Shown here one piece after another: positions 52,801 through 62,417 of a stretch of 64,000 bases of DNA. The stretch comes from Auanema rhodensis (lineage: Eukaryota > Animalia > Nematoda). The stretch is taken from assembly GCA_964057225.1 (NCBI GenBank), contig OZ059895.1, forward strand, positions 13,082,001-13,146,000, read 5' to 3'. Made by a program: the position numbers and the translations under genes. The notes beneath the pieces are model-generated. The model saw nothing but the letters and a program-made list of their open reading frames with translations. It made no database searches and had not been told where the DNA came from. Each line of letters opens with the position of its first letter. The stretch's first letter is position 1.

Positions 52801-55800
52801 ACAACAGCAGAAGCTATAAAGAAATGTAAAGAAACCCAAAAACTATTTACAGAAATAAACATGCATGTTCGCGAATTCTTGTCAAACGACGAACAAGTAA
52901 TACAGAACCTTCCTGAAGAAGACAGATATCCGAACATGACAACCAAAATACTTGGCATATCTTTTAATAAAGAACACGACTCCTTCATTATCCCAATAAA
53001 AATAACAACGAATCACACAAGTTACACCAAGAGAATTCTACTCAGTCAGCTACACTCAATATTTGATCCCATTGGATTAGCAGCACCATTACTGTTACCT
53101 CTCAAACTTATCTTGCGAGAAATCATAAACACAAAATTATCATGGGACCAACCCATTGAATCAGATAATATCAAACAATGGGAACAACATATTAATCACA
53201 TTAACAATCAGCAATTGACCATGAAAAGATATTTTAAATTCTCTGAACATAAAACACAGTTATGGGTCTTTGCTGACGCAAGCAACCAAGCCATGGCCGC
53301 ATGTTCATATTTCCAAACAAACGAGCAGATTAGTTCTCTGCTCAACGGTAAATCCCGCATAGCACCCAAAAATAAGACCACAATTCCTCGATTAGAATTA
53401 TTAGCCATCCGCTTAGCAGTACGAATGGCATTAGCTATTGTAACCATATGCCCGAAAGTGGCAAAAGTCAACATTGTAAGCGATAGCAACATCGCGCTAT
53501 CATGGATTATTTCTCTAAAATCCCTCCCACTGTTCATTAAAAATCAAACAAACATTATAAATAAACAGCTACACCAAATCAAACAAGTATGTTGCAATGT
53601 AGAATTACATCATGTACAAACTTCGTACAATACTGCAGACATCGGATCCCGAGGTGCAGACATCGAGAAACTACAAGATTCCGACTGGATAAAGGGTCCA
53701 CATTGGTTAACTAAACTTTCCGCTCATAACCCTCTGACATCATTCGGCTCGCCTAAGAACTCTAACAGGAATAACGCAGAATCAGAATCGGAGCATCACA
53801 ATGTGGTCCACATAATTATAGACAATCTTCCAACCGATGATATTTGGAACATTCGTGAAAACTATGATGATGTGATCAAAACAATGACAACCGTAGGAAA
53901 ATTATTCAAAAAATGGTTTCTTAAAGTCCATCCTAACAACGCCAACAAGTTGCAAAAAATAAAACATCTCACATCAACAGACACGAATACTGTTGAAGAC
54001 ATCAACATAATTGAAAAAATTTTGATCAGTAACAGCCAATCTAATATGAGCCTCGATGAGCTACAGCAAAGAAATATAAATTTAAAATTCTTCAAAGATA
54101 CATGGGACATTTATCGCGTAAGAAGTCGTTTACAAAATACTCTTCTTCCCGAAGAGACAAAAAACCCTATATTCCTTCTCAAAACAAACCCCATAGTTAA
54201 AAAACTGATCAACAAAATACACAAAGATAATAATCATCAAGGCAAAAATTTCACGCTTATTCAACTCAGACAAAAGTTCTATATACCAAAAATAACCGGA
54301 GTCATTAAGCAAACATTGAAAAACTGTGTGACATGTAAAAGATTTCAATCACATCCTTATGAATTACCAGATATGCCATCGCTACCAAAAGACAGAGCAA
54401 TTCTTACAAGAGCATTCTTTTCAACAGGGTGTGATCTTATGGGCCCCTTCACCCTTCGAAATGGGTCTAAAGTCCATATTTGTCTGTTTACATGCATGAC
54501 AACTAGAGCGGTTCACTTAGAGGTAGTCACCAATCAATCCACAGTTGCCTTTATGAATGCATTTAATAGATTTATTTCACGCAGAGGTACTCCAGAAATT
54601 ATGCGCAGTGACTGCGCAGGAAACTTTATTCTGAGCTCAAAAATATTAGAAACCCTTGAAAAAACCTCGGATTACAATGAAAGTAGCATACTAAACACAT
54701 TAGCTCAAAGAAAAATTAAATGGATATACAACACTCCGCTATCTCCTTGGAAAGGAGGTTGTTGGGAACGCTTAGTAGGTGTCACCAAATCATCCCTCAA
54801 AAAATGCTTCGTTCCTAGTCAAATGTCACTAGATGATTTACACACAGCTATTGTAAAAATAGAAGCCATAATTAATACACGCCCACTCACTCATCCACAC
54901 CCAGATAATTTAGATGCTTTACCCATAAGACCAATTGATTTTTTAACATCAGCAATAAAGTTTTCATTACCAGAAAACAATGATAACACTCATATATTCG
55001 ATATTCACAGCGATATCCAAACGATTCAATCGACAGAACAAGCGCTAGAAGCTCTTCAGTTATCAGAAGACTCAGCGTCTAAATTCTGGACACGTTTCCA
55101 GGAGGAGTATCTAACTAGTTTAAAAGACATTTTCAAACATAAAAACAAGAGAAAAAATCACACAAATCTCTTTCCTCACAAGGATGAAATAGTAATAATA
55201 CAAAACGACATGTCGCCACGAGGAACATGGAAATTAGGTCGCATTATTGAAACAATTACTAGTTCAGATGGCAACATACGTTCAGCAAAAGTTGCAACAA
55301 GCAACGGAAACATAATTACTCGATCCATCAATCAGCTCTATCCACTAGAGATAAGATGCAACACTAGCAACAACAAAATCATAGAAGACAACTCACACAT
55401 AGTCCAAGAAAATAATAGCTCAACAGATAGAATAGCACATACTGATACCGTATTAGACAACATACACTCCGATCATCATATAGAACATACAGATGAAACA
55501 ATACATGAGAACAATAACATAAATGATAGCAACCATAATTACGATATTGCATATGAATCAGACAACTCTCAACATGATAATACATACACTCCAGAAACAG
55601 AGAATAATGAGGATGCAACAAACGATAGACCTCAAAATAAAACAAAACTATCATCAGTGAAAACAGCAAAATATACAGAACAAGATGAGGTCACTGAGAA
55701 GGAAAATATAAAAGCCTTCCCACTAAAAATGTCCTATGCCACACACCAAAGGGAAAATAAAATAAACCCAAAAATAGCAGCTGACATAATGAAAGCCCTT

Positions 55801-57801
55801 TCATTACCGATTATAATTACTTCGACGTATGCCGAAGAAATCAATAGTTGCAAGGACTCTAACATGTTCACCACAAAACTTATAGCGAATCCTCATTGCT
55901 CCCCAGAAATGGCAACATGGACAGTGATAATAACCATTATGGCAGTTACCCTCATAGTCTCTTGTCTATGCCGCATGGGTTACAGCCAATATAGATATAA
56001 GACATGGTCCAGAAACACTCAAACCATGCTCAACATCATGAAATTAAAACATAAAACAATCTCCGAACAAGAAGATCATGAAACTGATCAAAAAATAACA
56101 GAAGACCACAATGATACGTTGCAATTAAAACAAACGAACACACAAGACGCTAATATTGTGGATCATGAAACCTTTCAAAAGCATATTTACCCTATTTTAA
56201 ACCATACGAGAAAGCCACCAAAATTCTCTCTCTTTACTAGAGGGTCGCAAACATCTTTACCATCGTTACTGGCAATCATCTTGGCTTTATGTATTGGAAG
56301 CTGCAGTTCATGTTCCGATGTTCATGTTCAACACTTCGTTAACATACGATGCGATGACAACTTAGCTTGTTATCACGAATACAGTCAAGATATCATATTT
56401 TCTCCCGGAACAAAACAATTATGCATTACCATAACGCATTCTAATCATGAAATTGGTCAATTTAAAATAACTAAACTATATACTGAACATGTCTGCCAGA
56501 AGAATACTAGATACTTCACTAGACAGACAACCGTCAACATATTGAGCATATTACGATGCCGTCACCGGGGCTCGTGTGACGGAACATGTGAAACTAACTC
56601 GCTTCATAATAAAATCGAGGAACTACAACCATATACGTTCCCTTCACAATCAGGTTGCTTCACATCGTCAGCAAGATTTTACACATGTCCTATGATTTGG
56701 ACAGATCCGTGCCTTTTCTACAAAATAGAGCATATACCCGTCACTGAGGAAGTATATGAAGTCTATACTTGTGATAGTTGGTCCACCCAAACCGTATTTA
56801 ATATAGAAACAACATTACTCCAGCAGAAAAATAATTACAATATCACTCTACAACCTTACACGAAAAATCGTGAACAACTTTTCAATATAACAACGTTATC
56901 ACAATCACAACCTCCTCCAGAAATGTACACAAAATTATTTTTTTCCTCCAAAGAAAACACGTACATTACGGATATACACACAAAGGGAATAATTCAATGT
57001 GGAACAGAGGAAGCCGCATTAAAACATTTTAATAACTGTACAGTATCCTCATTCTGCCCTTGCACATTCAATAGATTTGATGACATAAAATGTAGGTGTG
57101 ATACCCCTACTTTTGAAAAAATGTCCAATACATCAGACATAAAATCTCCTAACCAAAACTTTAAAACTAAAGATAACACGTTATCATTCTCTACGAATTT
57201 AGACGAAAATTTAGTTACGGTCGATTCATCCCTATTCTTAAACTCAGTGATCTTCTCCAACAATTTGCCTTGCGCACCTGCCCTGACAAAACTATCAGGT
57301 TGCTACTCCTGCGGGCAGGGTGCATTCGCAGAATTCCAATGCCTTACGGCAGAAGAAACATGGATTTCTATCGAATGTCAAAAAGAAGTATTCATGATAA
57401 AATGCTCTCCAAAAGTAGCAATCACAAAAGTAACAATGAAAAGAGAAAATTCTCAGATTGATGAATTATGCTACACCACATGCGACAATAAAAAAATTAA
57501 GATCATTATTAAAGGAATATTACATCACATAGCAAGCATAGATGAAATAAACGAAAGTGACTCAAGTAAGGGTACAGAATCCAAATCCATTGACTTTGCT
57601 CCAATCTTCAAGTTAATTTTATCAAAGTTGGGAATCATATTGATAGGCGTTGCAATAACCGCCACCATAGGATATGTGGCATGTACACCCATCATGTACT
57701 GTGTAGTTTTGAATACAGTCTTAACCACACAATGGATAGCTACCAGGATATTCACACTGTGGATAAAATCAAAAGCCTTATTTCGGGATCAAAGATTTTA
57801 A
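49870..57801 (+). CDS. Gag-Pol-Env polyprotein (2,643 aa): Gag, aspartic protease, RT, RNase H, integrase, phlebovirus Gc-like envelope
   Basis: Uninterrupted ORF. Gag LPTFDGKPENFKSFW (DUF1759-like) with three Cys/His knuckles at 51028-51216; protease LIDEGS (Asp at 51514); RT YVDN at 52771; RNase H FADAS, TIPRLELLA, NTADIGSRG; integrase HHCC from 54220 with D54433, D54610, E54766; DUF5641-like WKLGRI...QLYPLE; Cys-rich C-terminal domain with a TM anchor. Confidence 0.97.
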   Translation: MSLLFVNHIKQSNQFLGELLTRYEMEVKDLPGILVDCDFHTEEEEETLSCLIIRWTKVQHQFKESLKNHQDNEKKFQKFYEASDKTLRKALDEQYIAFTSDEDFEPNIKKVQNAIIELDEHIMKAERILRKLRKMLHKNESEHNSNCSTENNETENKSNDQFLEIIKSFLHIQQTSIQKPAMSLPTFDGKPENFKSFWGRFDRLVHDNEQFTTLEKVNLLCESLKGDSQIAIRGIEPSAQNYELMREALVSEFGDYSSDINSLLTQLRNLRFASNNAKSCKETFGETKALIRQIEAAGATVSREMCTAMILNKFPYHIVEDILIYPNNYHSTKEMLTAVDHKIYSFFLKEQTRNSHEQKFRNHKENVTSVAHKENSVEQRKTQTWPCVFCDSSEHRFYHCTTFETPEKRRHRIRGKAICWICFSEKHKSSECRKQKCRNCQGDHNSSLCSQGRKNVQNIQKDKETPTIKKDQALLITTEELLNKKTTEYKQESDTNNRIPTEALNAPVSLNHIADTHNIEESQVILRTAMANIYNHNSKKYEQVRMLIDEGSMRSFISKDLSTKLGLPILGSQKKTFYGIGALSETHEVQDVKVIIGTSSGSLIVTKLFTKPMLTTPIRCPKLSKEDLKFIKTRKIKLANPQTNGESFTPDILIGMDRYKLFMHLNEETELPSRMRLKNSVFGHMIHGEAPLPDDNTQQEVILCSTVEEITKETSHKELLTNLFELDSIGINTENANADRTIDYYEEYSKDIKIENNRIIAPFPLKNNFKNLKNNKMPAYHRFVSLWRKLLHNPEMLSHYTTTIESYLKDNIVEQIPNNHQKPLEFYMPHHGVWKPSKANPLRIVFDASAKQKDSPSLNEIIHTGRSFITYIHDIMISCRRRPILITCDIKAAFLQIQLTENHKNLCKFFWIKNKEYPISHNNIITLRFNRLPFGITASPSVLNMGIKWFLESKVDNQLAMEILNNLYVDNIILTANTTAEAIKKCKETQKLFTEINMHVREFLSNDEQVIQNLPEEDRYPNMTTKILGISFNKEHDSFIIPIKITTNHTSYTKRILLSQLHSIFDPIGLAAPLLLPLKLILREIINTKLSWDQPIESDNIKQWEQHINHINNQQLTMKRYFKFSEHKTQLWVFADASNQAMAACSYFQTNEQISSLLNGKSRIAPKNKTTIPRLELLAIRLAVRMALAIVTICPKVAKVNIVSDSNIALSWIISLKSLPLFIKNQTNIINKQLHQIKQVCCNVELHHVQTSYNTADIGSRGADIEKLQDSDWIKGPHWLTKLSAHNPLTSFGSPKNSNRNNAESESEHHNVVHIIIDNLPTDDIWNIRENYDDVIKTMTTVGKLFKKWFLKVHPNNANKLQKIKHLTSTDTNTVEDINIIEKILISNSQSNMSLDELQQRNINLKFFKDTWDIYRVRSRLQNTLLPEETKNPIFLLKTNPIVKKLINKIHKDNNHQGKNFTLIQLRQKFYIPKITGVIKQTLKNCVTCKRFQSHPYELPDMPSLPKDRAILTRAFFSTGCDLMGPFTLRNGSKVHICLFTCMTTRAVHLEVVTNQSTVAFMNAFNRFISRRGTPEIMRSDCAGNFILSSKILETLEKTSDYNESSILNTLAQRKIKWIYNTPLSPWKGGCWERLVGVTKSSLKKCFVPSQMSLDDLHTAIVKIEAIINTRPLTHPHPDNLDALPIRPIDFLTSAIKFSLPENNDNTHIFDIHSDIQTIQSTEQALEALQLSEDSASKFWTRFQEEYLTSLKDIFKHKNKRKNHTNLFPHKDEIVIIQNDMSPRGTWKLGRIIETITSSDGNIRSAKVATSNGNIITRSINQLYPLEIRCNTSNNKIIEDNSHIVQENNSSTDRIAHTDTVLDNIHSDHHIEHTDETIHENNNINDSNHNYDIAYESDNSQHDNTYTPETENNEDATNDRPQNKTKLSSVKTAKYTEQDEVTEKENIKAFPLKMSYATHQRENKINPKIAADIMKALSLPIIITSTYAEEINSCKDSNMFTTKLIANPHCSPEMATWTVIITIMAVTLIVSCLCRMGYSQYRYKTWSRNTQTMLNIMKLKHKTISEQEDHETDQKITEDHNDTLQLKQTNTQDANIVDHETFQKHIYPILNHTRKPPKFSLFTRGSQTSLPSLLAIILALCIGSCSSCSDVHVQHFVNIRCDDNLACYHEYSQDIIFSPGTKQLCITITHSNHEIGQFKITKLYTEHVCQKNTRYFTRQTTVNILSILRCRHRGSCDGTCETNSLHNKIEELQPYTFPSQSGCFTSSARFYTCPMIWTDPCLFYKIEHIPVTEEVYEVYTCDSWSTQTVFNIETTLLQQKNNYNITLQPYTKNREQLFNITTLSQSQPPPEMYTKLFFSSKENTYITDIHTKGIIQCGTEEAALKHFNNCTVSSFCPCTFNRFDDIKCRCDTPTFEKMSNTSDIKSPNQNFKTKDNTLSFSTNLDENLVTVDSSLFLNSVIFSNNLPCAPALTKLSGCYSCGQGAFAEFQCLTAEETWISIECQKEVFMIKCSPKVAITKVTMKRENSQIDELCYTTCDNKKIKIIIKGILHHIASIDEINESDSSKGTESKSIDFAPIFKLILSKLGIILIGVAITATIGYVACTPIMYCVVLNTVLTTQWIATRIFTLWIKSKALFRDQRF
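56311..57798 (+). other. Env domain: phlebovirus G2/Gc-like class II fusion glycoprotein (about 496 aa)
   Basis: Preceded by signal-like LLAIILALCIGSCSS|C. Motifs RCRHRGSC, CLFY, CDSW and SGCYSCGQGA match the phlebovirus Gc pattern; C-terminal hydrophobic LGIILIGVAITATIGYVAC. Nematode BEL/Pao elements (Cer7/Cer13, Atlas) are known to carry this env type. Confidence 0.88.
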
Positions 57802-58103
57802 AAGCATAAGAGAAGAATTTCTTGTGGAGATAAAATTTAAAATTAAAAATTGAAATAATAATGAAACAAAAGAAAAAGAAAGCATTATGTACGAATATAA
57901 CCATTGTAATAAAACAATATGATTGTTTTTCTTTCTTTTCAATTTATGGTAGTATCAAGTTTCTTTTATCCAACTCAGTTACATAACACATAACCTTTTG
58001 TACAGGCTCTAAAATTCATTGTATCTGTAACAAGATAACCTAAACACATCATTGTACAATGAACTAATAGATGTTAATCAGCGTTTAAAGTCCAGATGTG
58101 AAC

Positions 58104-58610
58104 ATGTATATAAGGATGCAGATCATGTCTTTCCTATATTCCATGAAAATGGAAGATATTGTCTCGAATATAATTGAGAATGCTTCCTTTGAGGAAGAGC
58201 TCAAAAAATATTCCCATCTACCTAACACTGCTGCCAATCTGAGGCAACTAATTGTGCTTGAAAAGAGGCTCTACGAGCACCTAGCTAGCGCGGTGAACCA
58301 TCTATCCGAACGACTGGACAATATTCAACATTCGTTAAATCTGAAACTAGACAATTTGACCATGCAGACTGCTCCTAAGGCTTCATGTGTATTCTGCAAT
58401 AAACCGACAGCTGATGGGCACCGTACTGCGGCCTGTCCGATTTATCCTTCCTCACCGGAACGCACTCTCCGTCTTCATGAACTGGGGATATGCATCAGAT
58501 GTTTGAATCAAAAACATCCAGCGATATGCGAGGTATCCTGCTATAGATGTGAGGCGGATACGCATCATGGAGTGGTTTGTGGAGATATAAAACGTAAAAG
58601 ACCTTTGTAG
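58104..58610 (+). CDS. Accessory ORF2: coiled-coil plus triple zinc-knuckle (nucleocapsid-like) protein, about 168 aa; start uncertain
   Basis: Frame open from 58089. The track start at 58098 is GTG; the first ATG is 58104 (others at 58116, 58125, 58143). Contains CVFC-x7-H-x4-C, CIRC-x4-H-x3-C, CYRC-x4-HH-x3-C and ends KRKRPL. Confidence 0.82.
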   Translation: MYIRMQIMSFLYSMKMEDIVSNIIENASFEEELKKYSHLPNTAANLRQLIVLEKRLYEHLASAVNHLSERLDNIQHSLNLKLDNLTMQTAPKASCVFCNKPTADGHRTAACPIYPSSPERTLRLHELGICIRCLNQKHPAICEVSCYRCEADTHHGVVCGDIKRKRPL

Positions 58611-58632
58611 GCCTTCTTCTCATTCCCGCATT

Positions 58633-58640
58633 GCCGGGAG
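58633..58640 (+). promoter_or_regulatory. Short atypical polypurine tract / plus-strand priming site
   Basis: GCCGGGAG immediately precedes the 3' LTR TG. Confidence 0.5.
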
Positions 58641-58703
58641 TGTCGCGATAAGCGAGTGAGTTTGTATAATTTTTTATCTTCAACAATTGTTTTATTCGTT
58701 TCT

Positions 58704-58764
<61 letters not shown>

Positions 58765-59014
58765 TTCTTCTTTCTTCTAACTTCCTAAGTAATTTTTATC
58801 CATACCACATGTTGTGTTATACATGTGGCATGACTAACTCTTTGTTTCAGGCTGACGACCGCCCACGAGAAGAGATCAGTCTTACTTTTTGAACGTTCGC
58901 AGTCAGTGATTTTATTCCGTGCTTGTCTTGTTAATTCATCAATAAACCCTTTTCTACATATTCGCTTTGTGTTTTACTTCCAACCATACTATACACTTGT
59001 GGTATAACGCCACA
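58641..59014 (+). repeat. 3' LTR (374 bp)
   Basis: Identical to the 5' LTR on manual comparison except (CT)27 at 58708-58761. Confidence 0.97.
58941..58946 (+). terminator. Polyadenylation signal in the 3' LTR
   Basis: AATAAA followed by T/GT-rich sequence, 68 nt before the LTR end. Confidence 0.7.
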
Positions 59015-59772
59015 TTTCCAATTTCATGTTAGTTATGTAATTTTCTACGTTACATCTAAATCCCTCGATGATATCAAATCTTATGAGATCCAAATACAAT
59101 AAATTAAAAAAGGTTTCACAGTTGTATAGTGTTTAAACAATGTTTGTTTCAATAGGAAATAGATAGAAACAGTAAAGTTAAGATGAAGGTTCATAAACTA
59201 CTGGTTTATAACTGTAATATAGAAATAAGATTGAAGATATTTTGATGCCTTGGGTTGAGCTATCTAAGTAAAACTGCTGGAAAATTAAAAACATTTGTTA
59301 CGGAAGAGATAAAATTGAAAATCAGCTGCATGGCGTACTTTCAACGTGGTATGGTCGTAAGCGAAAAAATCTGATATTCAATGATTTACATACTTATCCT
59401 CGTTATTGTTTTTTTTCCAATTTCATGTTAGTTATGTAATTTTCTACGTTACATCTAAATTCCTCGATGATATCAAATCTTATGAGCTCCAAATACAATA
59501 AATTAAAAAAGGTTTCACAGTTGTATAGTGTTAAAACAATGTTTGTTTCAATAGGAAATAGATAGAAACAGTAAAGTTAAGATGAAGGTTCATAAACTAC
59601 TGGTTTATAACTGTAATATAGAAATAAGATTGAAGATATTTTGATGCCTTGGGTTGAGCTATCTAAGTAAAACTGCTGGAAAATTAAAAACATTTGTTAC
59701 TGAAGAGATAAAATTGAAAATCAGTTGCATGACGTACTTTCAACGTGGTATGATCGTTAAAAAAATTTGAAA

Positions 59773-59891
59773 AGCTTACGGCACCCGGGATTCCCAAGCC
59801 GTCTCCGATCCAAGTACTAACCGGGCCCAACGTTGCTTGACTTGCCAGATCGGACGGGATGGCGTACTTTCAACGTGGTATGGTCGTAAGC
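59773..59891 (-). rRNA. 5S rRNA type A
   Basis: Full copy. Confidence 0.95.
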
Positions 59892-60302
59892 GAAAATACC
59901 TGATATTCAATGATTTACATACTTATCCTCGTTATTGTTTTTTTTTCCAATTTCATGTTAGTTATGTAATTTTCTACGTTACATCTAAATCCCTCGATGA
60001 TATCAAATCTTATGAGATCCAAATACAATAAATTAAAAAAGGTTTCACAGTTGTATAGTGTTTAAACAATGTTTGTTTCAATAGGAAATAGATAGAAACA
60101 GTAAAGTTAAGATGAAGGTTCATAAACTACTGGTTTATAACTGTAATATAGAAATAAGATTGAAGATATTTTGATGCCTTGGGTTGAGCTATCTAAGTAA
60201 AACTGCTGGAAAATTAAAAACATTTGTTACGGAAGAGATAAAATTGAAAATCAGCTGCATTGAGTACTTTCAACGTGGTATGATCGTTAAAAAAATTTGA
60301 AA

Positions 60303-60421
60303 AGCTTACGGCAGGCGGGATTCCCAAGCCGTCTCCGATCCAAGTACTAACCGGGCCCAACGTTGCTTGACTTGCCAGATCGGACGGGATGGCGTACTTT
60401 CAACGTGGTATGGTCGTAAGC
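60303..60421 (-). rRNA. 5S rRNA type C
   Basis: Full-length, GG107-108CC. Confidence 0.9.
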
Positions 60422-60831
60422 GAAAATACCTGATATTCAATGATTTACATACTTATCCTCGTTATTGTTTTTTTTCCAATTTCATGTTAGTTATGTAATT
60501 TTCTACGTTACATCTAAATTCCTCGATGATATCAAATCTTATGAGCTCCAAATACAATAAATTAAAAAAGGTTTCACAGTTGTATAGTGTTAAAACAATG
60601 TTTGTTTCAATAGGAAATAGATAGAAACAGTAAAGTTAAGATGAAGGTTCATAAACTACTGGTTTATAACTGTAATATAGAAATAAGATTGAAGATATTT
60701 TGATGCCTTGGGTTGAGCTATCTAAGTAAAACTGCTGGAAAATTAAAAACATTTGTTACTGAAGAGATAAAATTGAAAATCAGTTGCATGACGTACTTTC
60801 AACGTGGTATGATCGTTAAAAAAATTTGAAA

Positions 60832-60950
60832 AGCTTACGGCACCCGGGATTCCCAAGCCGTCTCCGATCCAAGTACTAACCGGGCCCAACGTTGCTTGAC
60901 TTGCCAGATCGGACGGGATGGCGTACTTTCAACGTGGTATGGTCGTAAGC
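60832..60950 (-). rRNA. 5S rRNA type A
   Basis: Full copy. Confidence 0.95.
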
Positions 60951-61360
60951 GAAAATACCTGATATTCAATGATTTACATACTTATCCTCGTTATTGTTTT
61001 TTTTCCAATTTCATGTTAGTTATGTAATTTTCTACGTTACATCTAAATCCCTCGATGATATCAAATCTTATGAGATCCAAATACAATAAATTAAAAAAGG
61101 TTTCACAGTTGTATAGTGTTTAAACAATGTTTGTTTCAATAGGAAATAGATAGAAACAGTAAAGTTAAGATGAAGGTTCATAAACTACTGGTTTATAACT
61201 GTAATATAGAAATAAGATTGAAGATATTTTGATGCCTTGGGTTGAGCTATCTAAGTAAAACTGCTGGAAAATTAAAAACATTTGTTACGGAAGAGATAAA
61301 ATTGAAAATCAGCTGCATTGAGTACTTTCAACGTGGTATGATCGTTAAAAAAATTTGAAA

Positions 61361-61479
61361 AGCTTACGGCAGGCGGGATTCCCAAGCCGTCTCCGATCCA
61401 AGTACTAACCGGGCCCAACGTTGCTTGACTTGCCAGATCGGACGGGATGGCGTACTTTCAACGTGGTATGGTCGTAAGC
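61361..61479 (-). rRNA. 5S rRNA type C
   Basis: Full-length, GG107-108CC. Confidence 0.9.
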
Positions 61480-61888
61480 GAAAATACCTGATATTCAATG
61501 ATTTACATACTTATCCTCGTTATTGTTTTTTTTCCAATTTCATGTTAGTTATGTAATTTTCTACGTTACATCTAAATCCCTCGATGATATCAAATCTTAT
61601 GAGATCCAAATACAATAAATTAAAAAGGTTTCACAGTTGTATAGTGTTTAAACAATGTTTGTTTCAATAGGAAATAGATAGAAACAGTAAAGTTAAGATG
61701 AAGGTTCATAAACTACTGGTTTATAACTGTAATATAGAAATAAGATTGAAGATATTTTGATGCCTTGGGTTGAGCTATCTAAGTAAAACTGCTGGAAAAT
61801 TAAAAACATTTGTTACTGAAGAGATAACATTGAAAATCAGCTGCATGGCGTACTTTCAACGTGGTATGATCGTTAAAAAAATTTGAAA

Positions 61889-62007
61889 AGCTTACGGCAC
61901 CCGGGATTCCCAAGCCGTCTCCGATCCAAGTACTAACCGGGCCCAACGTTGCTTGACTTGCCAGATCGGACGGGATGGCGTACTTTCAACGTGGTATGGT
62001 CGTAAGC
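61889..62007 (-). rRNA. 5S rRNA type A
   Basis: Full copy. Confidence 0.95.
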
Positions 62008-62417
62008 GAAAATACCTGATATTCAATGATTTACATACTTATCCTCGTTATTGTTTTTTTTCCAATTTCATGTTAGTTATGTAATTTTCTACGTTACATC
62101 TAAATTCCTCGATGATATCAAATCTTATGAGCTCCAAATACAATAAATTAAAAAAGGTTTCACAGTTGTATAGTGTTAAAACAATGTTTGTTTCAATAGG
62201 AAATAGATAGAAACAGTAAAGTTAAGATGAAGGTTCATAAACTACTGGTTTATAACTGTAATATAGAAATAAGATTGAAGATATTTTGATGCCTTGGGTT
62301 GAGCTATCTAAGTAAAACTGCTGGAAAATTAAAAACATTTGTTACGGAAGAGATAAAAATGAAAATCAGCTGCATTGCGTACTTTCAACGTGGTATGATC
62401 GTTAAAAAAATTTGAAA

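Larger units (their letters stand above)
49184..59014 (+). mobile_element. Full-length BEL/Pao (Belpaoviridae) LTR retrotransposon / endogenous virus with env, 9,831 bp
   Basis: Two TG...CA LTRs, 5-bp TSD, PBS, and a single gag-PR-RT-RH-IN-env ORF with BEL/Pao hallmarks (triple zinc knuckle, YMPHH, RIVFDAS, YVDN, TIPRLELLA, long D-E spacing in integrase). Confidence 0.97.

Noticed and set aside
49498-58686. Short antisense and alternate-frame ORFs overlapping the element (63-119 aa)
   Set aside because: No recognisable motifs; expected by-products of an A-rich coding strand.
59837-60031. 64-aa ORF in the array
   Set aside because: Antisense to 5S, TTG start, and open only because this unit has a 1-nt longer T tract.
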